The notes below the pieces were generated by a model. That model did no database searches, was not told the DNA's origin, and saw nothing but the letters and a program-made list of their open reading frames with translations. From contig JAYEOW010000020.1 of assembly GCA_034723395.1 (NCBI GenBank), positions 1 through 43,809 on the forward strand: a stretch of DNA of 43,809 nt. The letters are read 5' to 3'. Positions 17,903 to 25,529 of this stretch are shown here, piece by piece. Position 1 is the first letter of the stretch. Every line of letters begins with the position of its first letter. The DNA comes from Candidatus Margulisiibacteriota bacterium. GTDB lineage: Bacteria > Margulisbacteria > WOR-1 > O2-12-FULL-45-9. A program made the translations under genes and the position numbers.

Positions 17903-20900
17903 GTGCCTCACAAATACGTTTTAAAAACCCACTTTAATGCGGCAGGAAACTTTCGCATCAACTACAAAGAGGAGCTAAACGAGGAGCAACTGCCGATCGT
18001 TACCGCTTCCGGCGGGCCCATGCTGGTCATTGCCGGGGCCGGATCCGGCAAAACGAGAACGATAACTTATCGCGTTGCCTATCTGGTTGAATCCGGGATC
18101 CCGCTCGATCGAATTCTTCTGGTAACTTTTACCAATAAAGCGGCCAAAGAGATGCTCTCCCGGGTTGAGATGCTATTAAAAAGAGACGTGAAGGGGATCT
18201 GGGGTGGGACCTTCCATCATGTTGGAAACATTCTCCTCCGCCGGCATGCCGACCTGATCGGCTATCAAAAGAATTACACTATTTTAGATCGTGGAGACTC
18301 AAAAGAGCTGATTGATTCGTGTATCACTGAAGCAAATATCGACGTAAAAGCGAGACGATTTCCCAAGGGAGACACATTGAACTCGATCTTCGGGTTAGCG
18401 ACCAATAAAGGAAAATCGATCACCGATATTGTCGCTTATAATTATCCTCAGTTCGAATCTTTGACCGATGATATTGAGGGTGTCCAAAAAAGATATAAAG
18501 AGCGGAAGAGAAAACATAACCTAATGGATTTTGATGATCTTTTGTTTCTCTGGTGGAAGCTGCTCGCCGAGAATCCAGATGTGGCAGAAAAATATTCCCG
18601 AAAGTTTTTGCATGTTTTGGTTGACGAATACCAGGATACGAATCTTATTCAGGCAAAGATTGTTGATATCCTTGCTTCCCGACACCGCAATCTTATGGCG
18701 GTAGGGGATGATTCGCAATGTTTGAAGAAAGGAACAAAAATTAAAACCCCCGAAGGATATAAAAAAGTCGAAGATATAAATAATGGTGAGATTATTTTTG
18801 CTGGAGGGGGAAATGGGAGACTGGTAAAATCAAAAATTATTAATAAAAAGGTAAGCCATCATTCAAAATACCTAGAAATTAAAACAAAAAAGAATAAGCG
18901 GTTATGCGCTTCTCAAAACCACCTATGTTTTGCGAAACTGCGTTCAAGACCGGGATATTGGTATGTATATTTGATGTATAGAGACGATTATGGATTTAGA
19001 ATAGGGATAACTAATTTGCCCAAACATCAGAAGTCCGACCCAAGAATTCAGACGCGAACCAGCTTTGAAAAGGCGGAGCGGATGTGGCTGCTCGAGGCGC
19101 ATGCAAGTAGGCAACTTGCTCAATATAGAGAGGGTCTTTTAAGTTTGCGGCATCAGATTCCACAGGCTTTGTTTTATTTGGAAGAAAGAAAAAATAGAAC
19201 GATGAAAATGATGCATAGACAGACAAAAGTTATTTTTAGTGAGTTTGGGCAAAATGGGTTCACTTTGTTAGAAGATTTTGGTCTTTTGTTTGACTACCCG
19301 ACTTATATACCTAAAGCATCAAGGACCGGGAGGCGAATTTCAATAAATCTTTTAATGGCGTCGGCGTCTAACAGAAAGTCAAAAAGACAGAGACAGGGAC
19401 ACGAGCTGTGTATTGAGAGTTATCTCGGGAGGGAAATTGTTAAAAATATTAAGGGAGTACATCTTAATGGAAAATATTGGAGATTACGTCGGCACAGCAG
19501 TGATTATAAGTCGCTGCTAAATCTTGCTAAAGAGATAAAAAATAAATTAGAAAAAAGAGAGTACAGGGCGGTTATTGTTTATAAGGCGAAGTTTCTTTCT
19601 GCCAAAAATGTTCGCGGATCCTTTCGTATTGTGCCCGCAGCGGCTCTTTTGCCGGGCATGCTAGTACCTGTAGTAAATAATGAAGAGATGATGCTTGGTG
19701 AAATATCCTTAGTTAAGCGAAAAGAGAATAAAGAAAAGGCCCCTTTTTATGATTTAGAAGTTGAAAAATCACATAATATCATCAGCAATGGAATTGTTAC
19801 CCATAACTCGATCTATTCCTTCCGCGGCGCGCATTTTAAAAACATTATGAATTTTCCAAAGGTGTATAAGGATGCCAAGCTTTTTAAGCTGGAAACCAAC
19901 CATCGCTCTACCCCGGAAATTTTAAATTTAGCCAACGAATCGATCTCTCAAGCGAGCGAAAAGTTTAATAAAACACTTAGGGCTCATCGGCCCGAAGGAG
20001 AAAAGCCGGTTGTTCTGCCTTTGGCCACCGTTCACGAACAGGCATCTTTTGTCGCCCAGAGAATGCTGGAGCTAAGAGCTGAGGGGCTCTCTTTAAATGA
20101 TATGGCGATGCTTTATCGTTCGCATTACCAGTCGATGGAAGTGCAGATGGAGCTGACCAAACGGGGAATCCCGTTTGAGATCCGCTCCGGGATCCGGTTC
20201 TTTGAAGAGGCGCACATTAAAGATGTAATGGCCCATCTAAAAATATTCCATAATCCATGCGACGAAATCTCCTGGAGCAGGATTTTAAAAATTATTGAAC
20301 GAATAGGTCCGCGAACGGCGGAAAAAATATTCCAGGCGATTAACCAGTCGGAAAAACCGTTAGAAGAAATTTTAAACGAACGAATTCTTAAATTGGTGCC
20401 AAAGGGTGGGGAGCGAGGTTTTAAAGAATTTCAAGCACTCCTTATAAAGCTAGACGAACTAAAAGAGACTCCAGCGGAAATGATCAAGGCGATCTCCGAA
20501 TCGAGCTATGAACAGCATCTCAAAAACCAATATCCAAATTATCGGGAGAGATTGGAAGACTTAGAACAACTCGGAAGCTATTCGACCCAATTTAAAAACC
20601 TAGAGGAGCTGCTGAGCGCGCTGGCATTAGTTTCCGGAATAGAAGCGGAAACGGTTGTTGAAGGATCAGAAGGAGATAAAGAGGCGTGTGTTCTCACGAC
20701 CATTCACCAGGCAAAAGGGCTCGAATGGAAGGCGGTCTTTGTGGTATGGCTTGCCGACGGGAAGTTCCCTTCTTATCTAAGCTTTGGAAAAGATGAAGAA
20801 ATGGAAGAGGAACGAAGACTTTTTTATGTCGCGGTCACCAGAGCGAAAGACCAGCTTTATCTGACTTATCCCTTGATCTATTCTGGCTATGACGGGGAAG

Positions 20901-21088
20901 TTTTAATGAAGACCTCTCGCTACCTAGAAGAGCTGCCGGAATCGTTGTATGAGAAGTGGGAAGTTGAGGAAGAGGGTTCAGAAAAAGAAGAGGTCATAGA
21001 TTTATCAGACTATCAACACACTAAGGTTTCCAGCCGCAAAGACGACTTTGAAGCGGTCGATATTAAAGACCTGGATTTTATGAAGTAG
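17903..21088 (+). CDS. uvrD: UvrD/PcrA family ATP-dependent helicase, intein-containing
   Basis: AGAGSGKT, TFTNKAA, VDEYQDTN, GDDSQ/SIYSFRGA split by the intein, TIHQAKGLEW and EERRLFYVAVTRAK; GTG start. Confidence 0.93.
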   Translation: MPHKYVLKTHFNAAGNFRINYKEELNEEQLPIVTASGGPMLVIAGAGSGKTRTITYRVAYLVESGIPLDRILLVTFTNKAAKEMLSRVEMLLKRDVKGIWGGTFHHVGNILLRRHADLIGYQKNYTILDRGDSKELIDSCITEANIDVKARRFPKGDTLNSIFGLATNKGKSITDIVAYNYPQFESLTDDIEGVQKRYKERKRKHNLMDFDDLLFLWWKLLAENPDVAEKYSRKFLHVLVDEYQDTNLIQAKIVDILASRHRNLMAVGDDSQCLKKGTKIKTPEGYKKVEDINNGEIIFAGGGNGRLVKSKIINKKVSHHSKYLEIKTKKNKRLCASQNHLCFAKLRSRPGYWYVYLMYRDDYGFRIGITNLPKHQKSDPRIQTRTSFEKAERMWLLEAHASRQLAQYREGLLSLRHQIPQALFYLEERKNRTMKMMHRQTKVIFSEFGQNGFTLLEDFGLLFDYPTYIPKASRTGRRISINLLMASASNRKSKRQRQGHELCIESYLGREIVKNIKGVHLNGKYWRLRRHSSDYKSLLNLAKEIKNKLEKREYRAVIVYKAKFLSAKNVRGSFRIVPAAALLPGMLVPVVNNEEMMLGEISLVKRKENKEKAPFYDLEVEKSHNIISNGIVTHNSIYSFRGAHFKNIMNFPKVYKDAKLFKLETNHRSTPEILNLANESISQASEKFNKTLRAHRPEGEKPVVLPLATVHEQASFVAQRMLELRAEGLSLNDMAMLYRSHYQSMEVQMELTKRGIPFEIRSGIRFFEEAHIKDVMAHLKIFHNPCDEISWSRILKIIERIGPRTAEKIFQAINQSEKPLEEILNERILKLVPKGGERGFKEFQALLIKLDELKETPAEMIKAISESSYEQHLKNQYPNYRERLEDLEQLGSYSTQFKNLEELLSALALVSGIEAETVVEGSEGDKEACVLTTIHQAKGLEWKAVFVVWLADGKFPSYLSFGKDEEMEEERRLFYVAVTRAKDQLYLTYPLIYSGYDGEVLMKTSRYLEELPESLYEKWEVEEEGSEKEEVIDLSDYQHTKVSSRKDDFEAVDIKDLDFMK
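18719..19807 (+). mobile_element. Intein (363 aa, residues 273-635) inserted in helicase motif III
   Basis: Starts with CLKKGTKI, has a block B-like SQNH and block F FYDLEVEKSHN, and ends VTHN followed by Ser+1. Removing it restores GDDSQSIYSFRGA. Confidence 0.95.
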
Positions 21089-21090
21089 CT
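21047..21090 (+). repeat. 44-bp direct repeat, copy 1 (uvrD 3' end)
   Basis: TTTGAAGCGGTCGATATTAAAGACCTGGATTTTATGAAGTAGCT; 40/44 identical to 22374-22417. Confidence 0.92.
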
Positions 21091-21103
21091 GCTGGAATAT
21101 ACC

Positions 21104-21132
21104 TTGCAAATTAACGGAGCAGCTGTTAAAAT
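21104..21132 (+). promoter_or_regulatory. sigma70 promoter (extended -10) of the ATPase gene
   Basis: TTGCAA-N17-TAAAAT with TG at the extended position; ATG 21140 follows after 7 nt. Confidence 0.65.
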
Positions 21133-21139
21133 GCAAGGT

Positions 21140-22378
21140 ATGTTAAAAAGGGCGCAAACGGAAATTCTTCAAAAATATCTCAAAAAATTCCCGGTGGTGG
21201 CGGTAGTGGGAGGCCGACAAGTCGGAAAAACGACCTTGGTTAGATACCTTTTGAAAGAAAAGCGAAAATATTTTACTTTTGATGATGCGGCAGTGGTTGT
21301 TACAGCAAAAGATGGTCCGGAAGCATTTTTGACTCAAAACTCAAAAATAACGGTGGACGAAGTACAAAAACTCCCGGAGATTCTGAGCACCCTAAAAAAA
21401 CTGGTGGATGAAAAGAGGATTCCGGGGCGGTTTATTTTGACTGGGTCGGCGAATCTTTTGATGCTTCCCAAGGTTAGAGAAAGTTTGGCCGGCAGGGCAG
21501 TGTATATTGAGCTGGAGCCCCTGACTATTTTTGAAGCGATCCCGCAGAAATTAAAAATCCCTAAAATAATAGAAATGCTTAAGGTAAGCAAGGCTGGCAC
21601 CGCCTGGGAGAAACTAAGCCGGTTGAAACCGCGCAAGATCCCTTTTAAGGATTTAATTCTTCGGGGTGGTTATCCCGACCCATGGCTTGAGAAGGATAAT
21701 GCTTTGCGCAATGCCTGGTTTAAGGCATATATAAAAAGTTATTTGGAAAGAGATATTAGGGATATTTCTCAAATTAGAAACCTTCATGACTTCAGGAAGT
21801 TTTTGGCCCTGGCAGCTTTTAGAAGCGGTCAAATATTAAGCAAGTCTGATCTTTCCCGTGATGCCGGCATTTCTTATTCTACTGCGGCTCATTTTTTCAA
21901 CCTCCTTTTAGCCTCCTTTCAAATTTTTACGATTGAACCGTATTATCGGAATATAGGAAAGCGTTTAATTAAGGCGCCCAAGCTGATGTGGAATGACACT
22001 GGATTGGCCATACATCTTCAGGGGCTTGCTCGTTGGCAGGACCTTGAAAGGTTGGGGAGAGTGGGGCATTTACTGGAAAATAAACTGGCCATAGAGTTAA
22101 AAGCGCTGCTTTCAATTTTTCTCCCGGAAGCCAAGCTGTTTTATTGGAGGACAAGTGGCGGAGCGGAAGTCGACTTTGTTATTGAAAATCGGGGGCAAGT
22201 AATACCTGTCGAGGTAAAGTGGGCTGAGAAGGTGAGCCGGTATGATCTAAGAGGGATTGAGTCTTTTCTTAAGGATTTTAAAGGGTCTTCCGAATGGGGG
22301 ATGGTTATTTATAGAGGCAGGAACTTGTTGAAAATAAGAGAAAACATTTTTTTAGTTCCGCTCAACTATTTATTTTGA
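21140..22378 (+). CDS. AAA+ ATPase (AAA_14 plus DUF4143 with a C-terminal PD-(D/E)xK-like motif)
   Basis: GGRQVGKTT, VDEVQK, ILTGSA, ESLAGR, RGGYP, YLERDI and YWRTSGGAEVDFV..PVEVK. The start was chosen at the leaderless ATG (MLKR). Confidence 0.9.
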   Translation: MLKRAQTEILQKYLKKFPVVAVVGGRQVGKTTLVRYLLKEKRKYFTFDDAAVVVTAKDGPEAFLTQNSKITVDEVQKLPEILSTLKKLVDEKRIPGRFILTGSANLLMLPKVRESLAGRAVYIELEPLTIFEAIPQKLKIPKIIEMLKVSKAGTAWEKLSRLKPRKIPFKDLILRGGYPDPWLEKDNALRNAWFKAYIKSYLERDIRDISQIRNLHDFRKFLALAAFRSGQILSKSDLSRDAGISYSTAAHFFNLLLASFQIFTIEPYYRNIGKRLIKAPKLMWNDTGLAIHLQGLARWQDLERLGRVGHLLENKLAIELKALLSIFLPEAKLFYWRTSGGAEVDFVIENRGQVIPVEVKWAEKVSRYDLRGIESFLKDFKGSSEWGMVIYRGRNLLKIRENIFLVPLNYLF

Positions 22379-22417
22379 GGCAATCGATATTAAAGATCTG
22401 GATTTTATGAAGTAGCT
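22374..22417 (+). repeat. 44-bp direct repeat, copy 2 (relic uvrD 3' end in front of ychF)
   Basis: TTTGAGGCAATCGATATTAAAGATCTGGATTTTATGAAGTAGCT reads FEAIDIKDLDFMK*, versus FEAVDIKDLDFMK* in uvrD. Confidence 0.92.
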
Positions 22418-23527
22418 ATGGGATTTCAACTTGGCATAATCGGCCTGCCAAACGTAGGCAAATCAACACTGTTCAACGTCCTTTCAAAGGCCCCTCGACT
22501 TCGCTCGGGGCGAGCAACGGCGGAGGTTTCAAATTATCCGTTCTGTACGATAAAACCAAATGTTGGAATAGTGGAGGTTCCTGACGAGAGGCTTAATAAG
22601 GTCCAGGAGACCATGAGCTCGTCCAGGGCAGTTCCAACAGTTATAGAATTTTACGACATTGCCGGGCTGGTTAAGGGTGCACATAAAGGAGAAGGGCTCG
22701 GTAACCAGTTTTTGTCCCATGTTCGAGAGGTGGACGCGATCGCCCACGTTGTCCGTTGCTTCAAGAGCGAAGAGATCTCGCATGTCTCGGGAAAAGTGGA
22801 TCCAAAGATCGATATTGAGACGATAAATTATGAGCTAATCCTTTCTGACCTGGTTTTAGTAGAAAAAAACCTTGAAAATGCAAAGATGAGGGCAAAGGCG
22901 GGCGATAAAAAAATCCTTAAAGAGGTGGAGGTTTTACAAAGATTGCAAAGCGCGCTTTCCGCTGGAAAACCGGCTAGGACTGTAATGATCGCCGATAATG
23001 AGAGAGAACATGTACAAGACCTCCCTTTATTAACCTCTAAGCCGACCATGTATATCGCAAATGTCGACGAATCGGGAAATAGGGCAAAGGTTGAGATTAT
23101 CGAAGAGATAGCAAGAAGAGAAGGGGCAACCGTGGTCCCGATCTGCGCAAAGTTAGAAGCGGAAATTTTAGAGCTCTCCAAAGAAGATGCTGAGGCGTTT
23201 TTAAAAGAGATCGGATTAAAAGAGCCGGGATTAAAAAGGTTTGTCCGCTCCGGCTACAACCTTTTGGGTCTGATTACTTTTTTTACCGCAAATAATAAAG
23301 AGTGCCGAGCGTGGACCGTTAAAAATGGAACCGCGGTCCCAAAAGCGGCAGGGAAGGTCCATTCGGATATGGAGCGGGGATTTATTGCCGCCGAAGTTAT
23401 CCATTATGATGATTTAATTAAGAGTGGAAGTTATTCCGGAGCCAGGGGAAAGGGGGTCCTCCATACCGAAGGGAAGAATTATCTGGTAGAAGATGGAGAC
23501 CTGGTCCTGATCAAGTTTAACGTTTAG
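22418..23527 (+). CDS. ychF: Redox-regulated ATPase YchF
   Basis: GLPNVGKST, NYPFCTI, DIAGLVKGA.KGEGLGNQFL and AGKVHSDMERGFI motifs. Confidence 0.97.
   Translation: MGFQLGIIGLPNVGKSTLFNVLSKAPRLRSGRATAEVSNYPFCTIKPNVGIVEVPDERLNKVQETMSSSRAVPTVIEFYDIAGLVKGAHKGEGLGNQFLSHVREVDAIAHVVRCFKSEEISHVSGKVDPKIDIETINYELILSDLVLVEKNLENAKMRAKAGDKKILKEVEVLQRLQSALSAGKPARTVMIADNEREHVQDLPLLTSKPTMYIANVDESGNRAKVEIIEEIARREGATVVPICAKLEAEILELSKEDAEAFLKEIGLKEPGLKRFVRSGYNLLGLITFFTANNKECRAWTVKNGTAVPKAAGKVHSDMERGFIAAEVIHYDDLIKSGSYSGARGKGVLHTEGKNYLVEDGDLVLIKFNV
22490..22511 (+). repeat. Hairpin repeat variant GCCCCTCGACTTCGCTCGGGGC inserted in frame in ychF
   Basis: Same arms as the other copies with loop CTTCGC; adds about 8 residues (PRLRSGRA) between the P-loop and NYPF. 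Confidence 0.88.
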
Positions 23528-23528
23528 C

Positions 23529-23557
23529 TTGCCATTTCCCCGCTATTATGCTATAAT
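23529..23557 (+). promoter_or_regulatory. sigma70 promoter of the rpsF operon
   Basis: TTGCCA-N17-TATAAT with an extended -10 TG. Confidence 0.8.
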
Positions 23558-23574
23558 TCGCGTCTGCGCAAAAA

Positions 23575-23595
23575 GCCCCTCGACAGGCTCGGGGC
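23575..23595 (+). repeat. Hairpin repeat GCCCCTCGACAGGCTCGGGGC in the rpsF leader
   Basis: Directly followed by AAGGAGG; 29 bp identical to 24794-24822. Confidence 0.92.
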
Positions 23596-23610
23596 AAGGA
23601 GGGATTTATA

Positions 23611-24000
23611 TTGAAAGCTTATGAATTGGTATTGATCTTTAACCCGAATCTTGGGGAAGAAAAGATCTCCGAGATCCTCGGAAAGATCGAAAGTAAAATA
23701 AAGGGATTCGGCGGAGAGGTGGAAAAAGCCGACAAAATGGGAATCAAAAGGCTTGCTTCAACATTTAAGAAAGCAAAGAAGCTTACCCAGGGGTATTACG
23801 TTGTCGTCTTTTTTAGTGGAGAAGCTACACTTCCTGGGCAAATCTCGGCATATTTAAAAGTAACCGAAAACATTGTCCGTTACTCGGTACTGCAGGCTGT
23901 GCCAAAAGAGGACCCGGAAATTGCCGGAAAACCGGTTGAGGCAGAAGCGGAAGCGGTTAATGTTGGCGAGATCAGAGAGGCAAGCAGTGGCCAATCTTAA
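23611..24000 (+). CDS. rpsF: 30S ribosomal protein S6
   Basis: MKAYELVLIFNP, GIKRLA and ENIVRY; TTG start with a strong SD; operon context. Confidence 0.95.
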   Translation: MKAYELVLIFNPNLGEEKISEILGKIESKIKGFGGEVEKADKMGIKRLASTFKKAKKLTQGYYVVVFFSGEATLPGQISAYLKVTENIVRYSVLQAVPKEDPEIAGKPVEAEAEAVNVGEIREASSGQS

Positions 24001-24367
24001 TCGCATCATCTTAGTTGGGCGTTTGACTTCCGACCCGGATGCCCGTTCCACGATGGATGGCTTGCCGATGACAAAATTCAGGGTCGCGGTTGCGCGGCCA
24101 AGCTTTGGAAAACAGAGCGAGACCGATTTTGTCGATATCGTTGCCTGGAGAAAGGTTGCCGAAGAATGTAGTGACAACCTTAAGAAAGGAGCCATGGCCC
24201 TGATTGAGGGGAGGATCCAAAACCGGTCATTTGACGACCAGACCGGGAAGCGGCGCTGGGTGACCGAAGTGGTAGCAAGGAGCGTAGTGATGCTTGGAAA
24301 ATCTGCGCCATCTTCGACCGAAGAGCTTGTAGATAACGAGTCTTTGGCGAGTGATTTACCGTTTTAA
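23987..24367 (+). CDS. ssb: Single-stranded DNA-binding protein (copy 1)
   Basis: GTG start (MANLNRIILVGRLTSDP) after GAGAGG; OB-fold motifs and a C-terminal SDLPF. Confidence 0.93.
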   Translation: MANLNRIILVGRLTSDPDARSTMDGLPMTKFRVAVARPSFGKQSETDFVDIVAWRKVAEECSDNLKKGAMALIEGRIQNRSFDDQTGKRRWVTEVVARSVVMLGKSAPSSTEELVDNESLASDLPF

Positions 24368-24369
24368 CC

Positions 24370-24795
24370 ATGTATAACAAAGCATTTTTAATTGGAAATT
24401 TAACACGGGACCCGGAGCTAAGATACACAACTTCCGGGATCCCGGTAGCTCGTTTTGCGATCGCAGTAAATCGTTTTAAGCGAAAAGATGCTGATGGCGA
24501 AGGGGGACAGGGTATCAACCGTGATGGTTCATACCAGGATGTCGATTTTATTAATATCGTGGCCTGGAGAAGATTGGCAGAGATTTGCGGAGAGTATCTA
24601 AAAAAGGGGAGGCCGGTCGCGATTGAAGGGTGCCTGCAGATCAGGAGCTTTAAAGGGAGAGATGGAGAGATGAGAACGATGTCCGAGGTGGTAGCGGATA
24701 ATATGCAAATGCTTGGAAGGCGTCAAGAAGGGGGGACTCCCGCAGCCAAAGAGGCTCCTGCGGCAGAGACTCCGGCGGACGAGATCCCATTTTAG
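24370..24795 (+). CDS. ssb: Single-stranded DNA-binding protein (copy 2)
   Basis: MYNKAFLIGNLTRDPELRYT, DFINIVAWR and a C-terminal DEIPF. Confidence 0.95.
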   Translation: MYNKAFLIGNLTRDPELRYTTSGIPVARFAIAVNRFKRKDADGEGGQGINRDGSYQDVDFINIVAWRRLAEICGEYLKKGRPVAIEGCLQIRSFKGRDGEMRTMSEVVADNMQMLGRRQEGGTPAAKEAPAAETPADEIPF

Positions 24796-24815
24796 CCCCT
24801 CGACAGGCTCGGGGC
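24795..24815 (+). repeat. Hairpin repeat GCCCCTCGACAGGCTCGGGGC between ssb and rpsR
   Basis: Exact copy, directly followed by the AAGGAGG SD of rpsR. Confidence 0.92.
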
Positions 24816-24827
24816 AAGGAGGAATAA

Positions 24828-25076
24828 ATGACTCGGGAAAGAAGGAAACCAAAAAAGAAACAATTTGGAAGAAGAAAAAGGCGCCCTTGTGTTTTTTGTG
24901 TGGAGAAAAGAGGTTTGGATTATAAAGACATAGGGTTTTTGCGCCGGTTTATAACCGACCGGGGAAAAATTGCGCCGCGCAGAATGAGCGGTTGCTGCGC
25001 ACTGCACCAGAGGATGGTGGCCAAGACAGTTAAGCGGGCCAGGCAGCTGGGGATGGTCCCCTTCGCGGTAGACTAA
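24828..25076 (+). CDS. rpsR: 30S ribosomal protein S18 (Zn-binding C+ form)
   Basis: CVFC, DYKD..LRRFITDRGKI.PRR.SGCCA.HQR. Confidence 0.97.
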   Translation: MTRERRKPKKKQFGRRKRRPCVFCVEKRGLDYKDIGFLRRFITDRGKIAPRRMSGCCALHQRMVAKTVKRARQLGMVPFAVD

Positions 25077-25077
25077 T

Positions 25078-25527
25078 ATGAAAGTAGTATTAAGGAAAGA
25101 ATTAGAAAATTTGGGCGAAGCGGACAGTGTCGTAAATGTGGCTAGCGGGTACGCGCGAAACTTTTTGATCCCAAGGAATTTAGCCGTTCCGGCGACTAAG
25201 GGAGAGCTAGCCGCCTGCGAAAAGCGAGAAGCAAAGCGGGAGAAAGAGCTGGAAGCCAAGCGGGCAGAGTTTGAAGAATTGGCAAAAAAAATATCCGAGC
25301 TCGAAATTTTAATCACCGCGGATGCGGGAGAAGGCGGAAAACTCTTCGGATCGGTAACTGCACAGGATATCGCAGCGGCGCTTAAAGATGCGTCAGGGAT
25401 CGAGATCAGCAAGAAAAAAATAGAGATAAAGAACCCGATCAAAGTGATTGGGGACCATATCGCACAGGTTAAGATATATAAAGAGATCTCTGCTGAACTA
25501 AAAGTAAAAGTTGAAGCAAAGAAATAA
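25078..25527 (+). CDS. rplI: 50S ribosomal protein L9
   Basis: MKVVL..LG..VNVASGYARNFLIP and GKLFGSVT motifs. Confidence 0.98.
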   Translation: MKVVLRKELENLGEADSVVNVASGYARNFLIPRNLAVPATKGELAACEKREAKREKELEAKRAEFEELAKKISELEILITADAGEGGKLFGSVTAQDIAAALKDASGIEISKKKIEIKNPIKVIGDHIAQVKIYKEISAELKVKVEAKK

Positions 25528-25529
25528 TA

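Noticed and set aside
21104..21139. TTG 21104 or ATG 21131 as the ATPase start, and likewise TTG 36482 for plsC
   Set aside because: These codons fall within or upstream of the predicted promoter boxes; the downstream ATGs fit leaderless starts better.
21047..22417. IS element or prophage between the direct repeats
   Set aside because: There is no transposase, integrase or terminal inverted repeat; only one ATPase gene is enclosed.
23558..23610. Canonical S6:S18 autoregulatory leader
   Set aside because: The leader is mostly occupied by the dispersed repeat that also occurs at unrelated genes. I cannot support the Rfam motif without a covariance search.
23873..23986. N-terminal extension of ssb copy 1 containing CRLC
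   Set aside because: It is an alternative frame of rpsF; the real start is the GTG at 23987 with an SD.
8780..24815. The 21-bp repeats as a CRISPR array or as intrinsic terminators
   Set aside because: They are dispersed over 16 kb with no spacers or cas genes, have no U-tract, and precede RBSs within operons.
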